Origin: Phyllobates terribilis
Lineage: Eukaryota
Length of the DNA: 64,000 bases
Direction of reading: 5' to 3'
Assembly: GCF_046119375.1 (NCBI RefSeq)
Contig: NW_027362769.1
Span: 124,434,001-124,498,000 of the forward strand
Under the pieces are notes generated by a model that did no database searches, was not told the DNA's origin, and saw only the letters and a program-made list of their open reading frames with translations. Positions 33,653-45,043 of this stretch are shown piece by piece. Every line of letters begins with the position of its first letter. Position 1 is the stretch's first letter. The position numbers were made by a program, and so were the translations under genes.

Positions 33653-34235
33653 CATGCACATTTGTGGCCTGCTAGAGGTCATTTTGCAGGGCTCTGGCAG
33701 TGCTCCTCCTGTTCCTCCTTGCACAAAGGAGGAGGTAACGGTCCTGCTGCTGGGTTGTTGTCCTCCTATGGCTCCCTCCACATCTCCTGGTATCTGCTCC
33801 ATGCTCTGGACACTGTGCTGACAGACACAGCTACCCTTCTTGCCACAGCTCGCACTGATGTGCCATCCTGGATGAACTGCACTACCTGAGCAACTTCTGT
33901 GGGTTGTACTGTAGACACCGCCTCATGCTACTGTACGTCTAGGGGTGAGAGCAATGGCAAAATGAAAAAGTGACCAAAACATCAGCCAAAAAGGATGAGA
34001 ACAGAGAAATGGTCTGTGGTCACCACCTGCAGAACCACTCCTTTATAGGTGGTATCTTGATATTTGCCTATCATTTCTACCAGTTGTCTGTTCCATTTGC
34101 ACAACAGCAGGAGAAATTGATTCACAATCAGTGTTGCTTCATAACTGGACAGGTAGATTTCACAGAAGTGTTATTGACTTGGAGTTACATTGTGTTGTTT
34201 AAGTGTTCCCTTTATTTTTTTGAGCAGTGTATATA

Positions 34236-35872
34236 CAGTATATATTTGGACAGAGACAACATTTTTCTAATTTTGGTTCTAGACATTACCACAATGAATT
34301 TTAAATGAAACAATTCAGATAAAGTTGAAGTTCAGACTTTCAGCTTTCATTTGAGGGTATCCACATTAAAATTGGATGAAGGGTTTAGGAGTTTCAGCTT
34401 CTTAACATGTGTCACCCTGTTTTTAAAGGGACCAAAATTAATGGGACAATTGACTCCAAGGCTATTTCATGGACAGATGTGGGCAATCCCTTCGTTATGT
34501 CATTCTCAATTAAACAGATAAAAGGCCTGGAGTTGATTTGAGGTGTGGTGCTTGCATTTGGAAGGTTTTGCTATGAAGTAAACATGCGGTCAAAGGAGCT
34601 CTCCATGCAGGTGAAACAAGCCATCCTTAAGCTGCAAAAACAGAAAAAAAACATCAGAGAAATTTCTACAATATTAGGAGTGGAAAAATCTTAAGTTTGG
34701 TACATCCTGAGAAAGAAAGAAAGCACTGGTGAACTCATCAATGCAAAAAGACCTGGACACCCACGGAAGACATCAGTGGTGGATGATTGCAGAATAATCT
34801 CCATGATGAAGAGAAACCCCTTCACAACAGCCAACCAAGTGAACAACACTCTCCAGGAGGTAGGCGTATCAATATCCAAATCTACCATAAAGAGAAGACT
34901 GCATGAAAGTAAATACAGAGGGTTCACTGCATGGTGCAAGCCACTCATAAGCATCAAGAATAAAAAGGCTAAACTGGACTTTGCTAAAAAACATCTAAAA
35001 AAGCCAGCACAGTTCTGGAAGAACATTCTTTGGACAGATGAACCCAAGATCAACCTCTACAAGAATGATGGAAAGAGAAAAGTATGGCAAAGGCGTGGTA
35101 CAGCTCATGATCCAAAGCATACCACATCATCTGTAAAACACTGCTGAGGCAGTGTGATGGCTTGGGCATGCATGGCTGCCAGTAGCACTGGGTCACTAGT
35201 GTTTATTGATGATGTGGCACAGGACAGAAGCAGCCGAATGAATTCTGATGTATTCAGAGCCATACTGTGTGCTCAGATCCAGCCAAATGCAGCCAAACTG
35301 ATTGGTCGTCGTTTCATACTACAGATGGACAATGACCCAAAATATGAAGCCAAAGCAACCCTGGAATATTCAAGCAAAGAAGTGGAATATTCTTGAATGG
35401 CCAAGTCAGTCACCTGATCTCAACCCAATTGAGCATGCATTTCACTTGTTAAAGACTAAACTTCAGACAGAAAGGCCCACAAACAAACAGCAACTGAAAA
35501 CCACCGCAGTGAAGGCCTGGCAGAGCATCAAAAAGGAGGAAACACAGCGTCTGGTGATGTCCATGAGTTCAAGACTTCAGGCAGTCATTGCCAACAAAGG
35601 GTTTTCAACCAAGTACTAGAAATGAACATTTTGTTTACAATTATTTAATCTGTCCAATTACTTTTGGTCCCTTTAAAAACAGGGTGGCATATGTTAAGGA
35701 GCTGAAACTCCTAAACCCTTCATCCAATTTTAATGTGGATACCCTCAAATGAAAGCTGAAAGTCTGAACTTCAACTGCATCTGAATTCTTTTGTTTAAAA
35801 TTCATTGTGGTAATGTCTAGAACCAAAATTAGAAAAATGTTGTCTCTGTCCAAATATATATGGACCTAACTG
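34236..35872 (+). mobile_element. Second Tc1 family, full-length but decayed
   Basis: Long TIRs (left one lacks ~9 nt of its tip), TA flanks; transposase from ATG 34584 to 35619 with frameshifts; WTDE, QMDNDPK, SPDLNPIEH motifs. Confidence 0.92.
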
Positions 35873-36479
35873 TATGTAGTAGTGGCTAGGCCTGAGGTGG
35901 TCAGCGTTTTGGCGCATATCCTACCTCCTCCGAGGATTGCTGGATGTTTTCCTGCTACTATCCCAGTTCTATGACTCCCGTTAAAACAAAGCTTCAGGTG
36001 ATAAATGATGGATGAGGTGGTGGCAAAGGAGAAAGAGCAGGAGGAACAGGGACCATTCACATCAATATCAGGCCAGTCAACCACATATGTCTTGTAGGAT
36101 ATCTTTCTGCAACAAAAGGAGCGGTTCGGCTACACAGTTATAGAGCATTCAGTGAATGCAATGCCTACCAAAAATTTTGAGGCACTCCAATGCCCCTTGG
36201 AAATGACATGGAGGTCAGAGGGCCTTAACTAAACCGTTTTTTCCATTTATAGCAACTGGGTCTCCTGTACACTGTTGGCTTAAGCAGTGAATGGAAGGCT
36301 TTCCAAAAATTATGAGGAACTGCAATGCCCCTTGAAACAGACGTAGATTACAGCATACTAAAAACCTTCTACCCATTATTGGGGAGTGGGTCTCCCTTAG
36401 TTTTCGCCTTTGCATTGAAAAGCAAAAGCTGACTAAAATTAGAAGGAAATGCAATGACCGTTGGAAGAGTCGTGGAGGT

Positions 36480-39400
36480 TAGAGGTAATTAAAAACAACA
36501 TTTCAATGCCACTTGGAAGAGCTGTGGAGTTCAGAGTGGTTTAAGAAGACACTTTTAATGCCCCTTTGAAGAGACGTGGAGGTCACAGTAGCTTAACAAG
36601 ACGGTTTTAATGCCCCTTGGAAAAGTGGTGGAGGTCACAGTAGCTTAACAAGACGGTTTTAATGCCCCTTGGAAAAGTGGTGGAGGTCACAGTAGCTTAA
36701 CAAGACGGTTTGAATGCCCCTTGGAAAAGTGGTGGAGGTCGCAGTAGCTTAACAAGACGGTTTTAATGCCCCTTACAAGAGCCATACAGTACAGCATCTT
36801 AAAAACATTATTCCCATTATTGGGAAGTGGGTCTCCCATAGACTTTGCTTATGCCTTCCAAGCAAAAGCTGCCAAAAATTAGGACGGAGGAACTTACAAT
36901 GCCCCTTACAAGAGCCATGCAGTACAGCATATTACAAACATTATTCCCATTATTGGGGAGTGGGTCTCCCATAGTCTTTGCTTATGCCTTCCAAGCAAAA
37001 GCTGCCAAAATTTAGGATGGAGGAACTTGCAATGCCCCTTACAAGAGCCATGCAGTACAGCATATTACAAACATTATTCCCATTATCGGGGAGTGGGTCT
37101 CCCATAGTTTTTGCTTATGCCTTCCAAGCAAAAGCTGCCAAAAACTAGGAGGAAATGCAATGCCCGTTCGAAGAGTCGTGGAGGTTACAGTTAATTAAAA
37201 ACAACATTTCAATGCCCCTTGGAAGACCTGTGGAGTTCAGAGTGGTTTAACAAGACGCTTTTAATGCCCCTCGGAAGAGACGTGGAGGTCGCAGTAGCTT
37301 AACAAGACGGTTTTAATGCCCCTTGGAAAAGTGGTGGAGGTCGCAGTAGCTTAACAAGTTGGTTTTAATGCCCCTTGGAAAAGTGGTGGAGGTCACAGTA
37401 GCTTAACAAGACGGTTTTAATGCCCCTCGGAAGAGACGTGGAGGTCGCAGTAGCTTAACAAGACGGTTTTAATGCCCCTTGGAAAAGTGGTGGAGGTCAC
37501 AGTAGCTTAACAAGTGTTACGCTCGCGCCCGGACTGACTGGCGTGAGCGTGATTAGTGATCCCACTGTACCATGAACCGAGGAGTGCCTGGAGAGGTGTA
37601 ACTAAGTCGCATGGCAGCTAACGACTCCGTGAACCAAGGAGGAACCGAGCAGAGGGACCAGGTGCTACACCAGGTCAGACCCCGGTCACAGCTGTTGACC
37701 CACACCGGGGAATGCAGGAACAGGCAGGTTAGGCTGGCACACAGACAGGTGGGTATTGGCAGGCATGGCTTGTATGCAGACAGGGGGGTACTGGTAAGCA
37801 CGGCTGGTGTACAGACTGGTGGGTGCTGACAAGCACGGCTGGAGTGCAGACAGGGAAATACTGGCAAGTTGGAGCGCTTGCTGGATAGAGTCCAGTACAG
37901 ACTTGGAGACAGGAACAGAGCCACAGATGCGGTAGACAAGCGGAGTAAAGCGAAACCGCTGGAGCGGTGGACAAGGCAGAACAGAGAGGAACCGCCGGAG
38001 CGGTGAGCAAGGCAGAGCAGAGGGAAACCGCCGGAGTAGTGAGCCAGCAGAGCAGAACTAAACAGCAGGTGCGGAGAACAAGGCAGAGCAGAGAGGAACC
38101 GCTGGAGCGGTGAGCAAGGCAGAGCAGAGAGGAAAAGCTGGAGCGGTGAGCAAGCAGAGCGGAACTAAACCGTAGGTGCGGTGAACAAGGCAGAGCAGAG
38201 AGGAACCGCCGGAGCGGTGAGCAAGGCAGAGCAGAGAAGAACCGCCGGAGCGGTGAGTGAGGCAGAGCAGAGAGGGACCGCAGGTGCGGGGAACAAGGCA
38301 GAGCAGAACTAAACCGCAGGTGCGGTGAACAAGGCAGAGCAGAGAGGAACCGCCGGAGCGGTGAGCAAGGCAGAGCAGAGGGGAACCGCCGGAGCGGTGA
38401 GCAAGGCAGAGCAGAACAGGGCTGACGGTGCAGGCAGAGAGGACAGGGCTCTGTTCACATGGAACAGACTGAAGGATACAGAAAGATGGCTAGGACACAG
38501 GAGGTAGATACGGAAGAAGGGAAAAGGGACAAGCAGAACCAGATACACACAAGGTACTTACACTGAAGTAGCGAGTGGACACAAAACTCACAAACAGAAG
38601 TACAGAGACAACGAGTAGGAGTTAGTTGCTGGTTCAGACACTGCAGGAAAAGGGAAGGTACGAACATAGAGACAAACAGATAACAGGCTAGGATACAGTT
38701 CAGATAGGAACTGCTACTGCAAGAGATACAAGAACAGGCCTGGGTATACGGCCCCCAGGGATGGCGGAAAGGACTAGAAGTCACAGATAACAGGTCTGGG
38801 AAGGCATTCCCCAGAGTGGCGGAGACGGACTAGAAGTCACAGAAAACAGGTCTGGGTATACAGCCCCCAGAGATGGTGGAAACAGGCAAGAAGCAGACTG
38901 GACCTGGCAACTTCAGAGTAAAGGAGCACACTGAATGTAAGTGTTGTTCAGGCACCTCCTACTGGGTGGAGGGGGTTTAAATATCCAGTGACTCATAGCA
39001 ATAGGCTGGAGACACATTAGGGGTGTGCCCACAGCAGCTATAAGAACCAGGAAGTAACTGGGCCGCCGCCCTAAGCAGACAGTCAAGAGGCATGCACACG
39101 GCAAGAACTGGAGCACGGCTTGCAGGCTGGACTGATGGGTAAGATTGCGGTCTTGCATGGTGGGAGGTGGTGCACCATGCAAGCATGCCACCAGGGATGT
39201 TACAACAAGACGGTTTTAGTGCCCCTGGGAAGAGACGTGGAGGTCGCAGTAGCTTAACAAGACGGTTTTAATGCCCCTTGGAAAAGTGGTGGAGGTCACA
39301 GTAGCTTAACAAGACAGTTTTAATGCCCCTCGGAAGAGACGTGGAGGTCGCAGTAGCTTAACAAGACGGTTTTAATGCCCCTCGGAAGAGACGTGGAGGT

Positions 39401-39630
39401 CGCAGTAACTTAACAAGACGGTTTTAATGCCCTTTGGAAAAGTGGTGGAGGTCGCAGTTGCTTAGCAAGACAGTTTTAATGCCCCTTGGAAAAGTGGTGG
39501 AGGTCACAGTAGCTTAACAAGATGGTTTTAATGCCCCTCGGAAGAGACGTGGAGGTCGCAGTAGCTTAACAAGACAGTTTTATTGCCCCTCGGAAGAGAC
39601 GTGGAGGTTGCAGTAGCTTAACAAGACGCA
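36480..39630. repeat. 52-bp and 133-bp tandem arrays inside the hAT (split by a solo LTR)
   Basis: 52-bp unit AATGCCCCTTGGAAAAGTGGTGGAGGTCACAGTAGCTTAACAAGACGGTTTT (starts 36609, 36661, 36713); 133-bp unit starts at 36765, 36898, 37031; the array resumes at 39205. Confidence 0.93.
37515..39204. mobile_element. Solo LTR (1690 bp) with 5-bp TSD ACAAG
   Basis: TGTTAC...GTTACA termini; ACAAG at 37510-37514 and 39205-39209; internal ~34-bp GA-rich tandem repeats at ~37955-38420. Confidence 0.9.
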
Positions 39631-39897
39631 TCTTAAAAATATTATTCCCATTATTGGGGAGTGGGTCTCCCACTGTCTTTGCTTATGCCTTCCAAGCAAA
39701 AGCTGACAAAAATAAGGACGGAGGAACTTTTAATAATGGCAACACGGACCACGGTCACCCTGGTGGTATAGTGGTTGTGGAGGCTGAGGATAAGGAGAAG
39801 AACATAAAACAGCCAAAATGAGGAAGCGTATACCCATGTGTGGGTGTGAAGCGGTGCATGTGAATACACCTCCCGAAATAACACAGTGGATTTGACT

Positions 39898-42769
39898 TTA
39901 TGTTACTCTGCTGTCATTTGGTGGTGATGAGAAGTCTGGCCCAATCCAGCCCTTGTTCATTTTGATAAGGGTCAGCTTGTCAGCATTGTCAGTTGACAGG
40001 CGAGTTCGCTTATCAGTTATAATTCCCCCAGCGGCACTAAAAACATGCTCCGATAACACGCTAGCGGCAGGGCAGGCCAGGACCTCCAAGGCGTACAGAG
40101 CAAGTTCATTCCAAGTGTCCAGCTTGGATACCCAATAATTAAAAGGCACAGAGGAATCACGAAGGATGCTGGTACGGTCGGCAAAGTACTCCCTCACCAT
40201 CTTTTGAAACTTTCCACTCCTTGCGAGAGTACCCCACGCCTCAGGGTCTGTCCGAAGGGAGGGTCTGAGAAAACTGTTCCAGAACGTTGACAGTGTTCCC
40301 CTGCCTCTGCTGGATTGGAGTTGCGACTCTCCTGTACACCTTGGTTGGGCAACGAACTGTGACCTCTGCCGCTAGCGTGTTCAGATGGGAATTTTTTTAA
40401 CAGTTCTACAGCAAGGGCCTTCTGGTACTGCCCCATTTTTGTAGACCTCTCCACCTCAGGAATAAGAGAGTGAAAGTTCTCCTTGGAGCGGGGGTCTAAA
40501 AGTGTCACCAACCAGTAATGACTGTCACCCAACATTTTGACAACGCGAGGGTCACGGTTAAGGCAATGTAACATAAAGTCAGCCATGCGTACCAGACTGG
40601 TAATGGGCAAGACTTCCGTGTCCTCACCAAGATAACGACTGACCATGCTGTCCTCCGTCCTCCTCCCACCTGTCCTCAGGCCAGCCATGCTGAACCGACG
40701 GTATGACAGTTGTACAGGTACTACCGTCTACAGTGCATGATACAAGCTCCTGTTCTTCCTCCTCCTCCTCCTCTCCCTGATTGTCCCCCAATGCACGTTG
40801 GGATGAGATGAGGCTGGGCTGTGTGTAATCGCCCGCTACGGCTTCTTGATCCATCTCATCATACTCTGGCTGCAATGCCTCCTCTTTAATTCTCTGCAGA
40901 GAGCGTTGCAAAAGACAGACAAGTGGAATGCTGATGCTAATGATGGCGTCATCGCCACTCACCATCTTGGTGGACTCCTCAAAGTTTGTCAGGATGGTAC
41001 ATATGTCAGACATCCAGGTCCACTCCTGAGGTCTTATGTGTGGAGTCTGAACTGAATACCGATGGCATTGTTGATGCTGGTACTCCACAATGCTCTCTTC
41101 TGCTCACAAATCCTTTGCAACATGTGGAGGGTAGAGTTCCAACGTGTGGGGACATCACACACCAGTCGGTGTGACGGAAGCTGCAAACGCTGCTGCAACA
41201 CAGGAAGGGCGGCGGAAGCTGTAGCCGACTTCCGAAAATGAGCTGACAGGCGGCGTACTTTGATGAGCAGATCTGGCAACTCGGGGTACGATTTAAGAAA
41301 CCGCTGAACCACGAGGTTAAGCACATGAGCCAGCCATGGTACGTGTGTGATCTCGCCTCGCCTCAGAGCCGCCACCAGGTTGCGGCCATTGTCACACACG
41401 ACCATGCCTGGATGTAGGTTCAGCGGTCTCAGCCACAGATCTGCCTGCTCTTTCATAGCTGTCCACAACTCACAAGCAGTGTGAGGCTTATCACCTAAGC
41501 TTATGAGTTTCAGCACAGCCTGTTGCCGCTTGGCTGAGGCAGTACTGCAGTGCTTCCAGCTTGTAACTGATGTGGTGATATCTGAGATGGAGGCTGAACA
41601 TGAGGAGGAGGAGGAGGATGCACAGGAGCTGCCTAAAAGGCAGCATTTCCAACGCAAGCAGTCGTGAAATGTGCGAATTTAAGGGTCTGTGGGGCGTTGG
41701 CTGCGAATTTGCGCTTTCATTCAAAGGTCTGCGATATGGACAATTGAACGCTGCGGTGGGACGTGGACGTGGACGTTGATGCTGTTTCTTGAGAAACTGC
41801 CATAACAAGTGAAGACTGAGAGGAGGGGGCATCTTTGCATGCAGTATGGACAGGGGATTGCCTTGCACGCACAACAGGGGTTTCTCTTACATGCACAACA
41901 GCGAAAGAAGCAGTGGCGACACCCGCTGACACTGGTCATGGACCCTGGGGTTCGCCCCACAAAGTCGGGTGCTTTGCTGACATGTGCCTGATCATGCTGG
42001 TGGTGGTCAGGCTGGTAGTTTTGTCACCCCTGCTGATGCTGGCCTGGCAGGTGGTACAAATGGCCTTTTTGTGGTTATCAGCAGAGTCTTTAAAAAAATT
42101 CCAGACTCTGGAAGACCTACCGGTTGTACTGGCAACGTCCCTCGTGTTGGTGTTACGGGGAACGGTTGCCCGCCTTCTGTCTGCGGCCACCACACTGCTT
42201 CTTCCAGCCTGTTGGGGTACTCTGCCTCCCTCCCCCTGTGTGCTGCTGGCCTCGCTCTGCGTGTCCTCCTGCCACGTTGGGTCAGTTACTAGATCATCCA
42301 CCACCTCCTCCTCTTCCACTTCCGCACCACGATCCTCCTCCTCACTTCGTGGCAATTGTGTCTCGTCATCGTCCACCTCTTGTGACAAATTGCCAGCGTC
42401 GCCTTCCTGTGGCCGTGGCTGTTCAAATATTTGGCCATCGCTACATGGAATCTCCTCTTCCACCACTTCAAGCGGAGCAGGCGAGGGGCCCAAATATGGA
42501 AATGGACCAGTGAACAGCTCTTCAGAGTGTCCAAGTGTGGGATCAGTTGCTGTCTGACGACACTCGGCATGGTGGGAGGAAGGAGCATCAGGGTGAGGAG
42601 GAGTATGCGGTCGAAACTCAAAGCTACTAACACTTGACCGTGTGGAAGACAGACCGGAGGTGGTGGTGCCCAGGTGACTGGAAGTATTATCTGCTATCCA
42701 ATTAATAACTTGTTCACACTGATCAGTTCGCAATACTGGTGTTGTTATGTGCTTGTCAGGAAACAACAC
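39898..42769 (-). pseudogene. hAT transposase remnants (BED finger, catalytic core, dimerisation domain)
   Basis: BED finger VWNFF...CTTC...MIRHMSAKH; LAHVLNLVV; DVPTRWNST; LACPAASVLSEHVFSAAG...RLS; broken into at least five frames. Confidence 0.9.
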
Positions 42770-45043
42770 CCACTTTTGGGTCAGACCTTGCCGCTCTCTG
42801 TCGCCCCCTTATCCTGCTGGTCAAACACGGTATTGACCGAGGATAAGCACGGGTGCAGCTGCTCTAATTTATGTCGACTATTGCGTCACGTGATGTGACA
42901 GGACATATATATACCACCAGTTCCTTCCAGGAACGTATATATACCTCCGACCAGCCACCCTCAAACCACAATATCACATAAATACTGGTATACTGCCACC
43001 ACCGATCTCTTAACAGGTGGATCGGGTACCCGTTAGGTAACGTGAATTAGCGGGTGAGGAACGTGTTTGCTCGACATAGGACAAGAAGAACGAAACTGGT
43101 AAATAATAATGATTTACTCCCGAAAGGGCAGTGTTTACAAAATATATACAAGATATTATAAAAGAGACAATTTACATATATGCATAAAACAGTTATTAAA
43201 ATAAAAGGGATAAGTAATAGCAAAACCTGCTTCACAAGGTGATGGTCTCAGATTCTGTGGGGGGGACGGCTCCCCGGAAATTAGATGTGATTCTTCCACG
43301 CAGCGTGTAGGGCATGCGTCTGACGTCCCTGAGAAGAATCTGCTGGTTTATGGCCGTTCTGGTTTTTAGTATGGGGCCAAAACACCAGGAGACACCCATA
43401 TCGCTTACCTCACACGGGGGCTCGGTTTTGTGAACCCACCCAGCTGCATAAGACATAAAAATCCTCCATCTTTCATATCTTGGTGTGGGGGTGTCCCACA
43501 TCCAAGATGGAGACATCATGTTTGCCGTCACTAATATTCATGCGGATGGCTATCAAATATGATATCTCTATGACGCTCAGAAGCTAAGAAACCATTTCCC
43601 ACGTTTCCGGCGGTTTCCCAGCCATGCAAGATATACCAATGTAACCGGAAAAAAGTGAGCATTCCAAAAATGTGGTCCCTGGGTTTATGACAGTCATGTG
43701 CCTTATTAAATTCTACATTAATTGTACAAACTTTTAAACAATAGGATTTTTGGAGGGAAAGATCCAGGGTATACCAGTATACTTGCTCTGGGCTGAGGTT
43801 TTATGGCGTCATAAAAATTCCTGAGGGTTGGGGGAAGCTACAGTGAGTCCTATGTCTTACAAATGGACAGAGGGGTGGAAATTTAGGACATCTCTCATTT
43901 TTAAAACTAGGACAAAAATACATTTTGCCTGACAGTGCTTCCCTAGTAATTCGGTCAAGAACTGGGAGCGAGAAGATGTGGCTGTTGGTTGCGGCACATT
44001 TTCACCTTGGCCACGGCCCCGTCCTCTGCACACACCGTCACCAGAACGTCCAGTTCCACGTCCCTTGCCACGCGCCTTGCCCATTGTAAATTAACTAAAA
44101 TAGCTTACACTCGCACTATCAATGGCAAAAGGGTAATAAAAAGGAAATTAGAACCGTGGAAGAGGAAAACCACAGTTCTAGTTCTCTGGCCTACACCGGA
44201 ATCTTTTAAACAGATATATTTGTGTCTGAACAGTCAGCGAGACACTCAAACTGTTTTTTTATGTAAAAAAGGCAAAAAAGTGGGTAATACAGAGATTTGA
44301 ACCGTGGAACTGCAAAACCACAGTTCTAGTTATCCAGCCGAAACCAGACTCGTTTAAACAGATATATTTGTGTCTGAACACTCACAGACACACACAATTT
44401 TTTTTTTTTTTTTGGGGGGGGAGAATACCAAAAGGTTAATGAGACAGGTATTTGTACAGTCTGACTGAGAGAAAAAAAAAAGAGGATTTAGATGAAAAAA
44501 AAAGGATTTTTCCTGGCCCCTGAGACCGGGAGCTAAGTCTAGTAATTTGACCAGCAGCAGCACACAGGACTGTAATGCAGTGTTTGTTGGTATAACCATT
44601 GCGTCTCCTATACAGCCTGCCTGCTTGATATCTGGGATGGATATTAGTCCTCAGAAGGACTGTTTGTTTGATTTGGCAGGCTTTATAGACCCTACACTAC
44701 CTATTTTGCACTATATATCTCTCCCTAACTCAGCAACACTGATCCTACACTGTCTGATCCCGGGCGACTGTGTCCAAGATGGCGGCGCACGGTTTTAAAT
44801 ACTCGAGGTGACGCTGTGCGTCCAGCCAATCACTGTAATGCCCACAACATGGCTGCGGCATTACAGTGACTGGCTGGCAATCCCTGCATGTTCATTGGCT
44901 CTGTAAAGAGCGCCAAACATGCAGAGCGGAGACCGGAGCTCCCGCCCGAGTAACCCAGAAATGCTCGGTGCTCGCCGAACATCCCGAGTAGTGAGATGCT
45001 CGGGCGAGTACCGAGCAGTGTCGAGCATGCTCGCTCAACACTA

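Larger units (their letters stand above)
24777..34229 (-). mobile_element. Tc1/mariner DD34E element split by the Gypsy A insertion (24777-25769 and 33657-34229)
   Basis: TIRs TA|CACTGCTCAAAAAAATAAAGGGAACAC and its reverse complement ending 34229|TA; minus-strand transposase FTDESRF...QDNARPH...PDLSPIEHIWD (25029-25613); N-terminal remnant near 33700-33927. Confidence 0.93.
35875..45043 (-). mobile_element. Decayed hAT-superfamily DNA transposon (one TIR visible), with internal satellite and insertions
   Basis: TIR ...TGCTCGCTCAACACTA ending 45043; minus-strand transposase remnants 39898-44084; the left boundary and second TIR were not found. Confidence 0.75.

Noticed and set aside
37553-38784. 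AEQRGTAGAVSK-type repeat ORFs
   Set aside because: They derive from tandem repeats inside a solo LTR.
36480-39630. CRISPR-like appearance of the 52-bp array (also the 37-bp array at 20780)
   Set aside because: Units are head-to-tail with no unique spacers, there are no cas genes, and the DNA is vertebrate.
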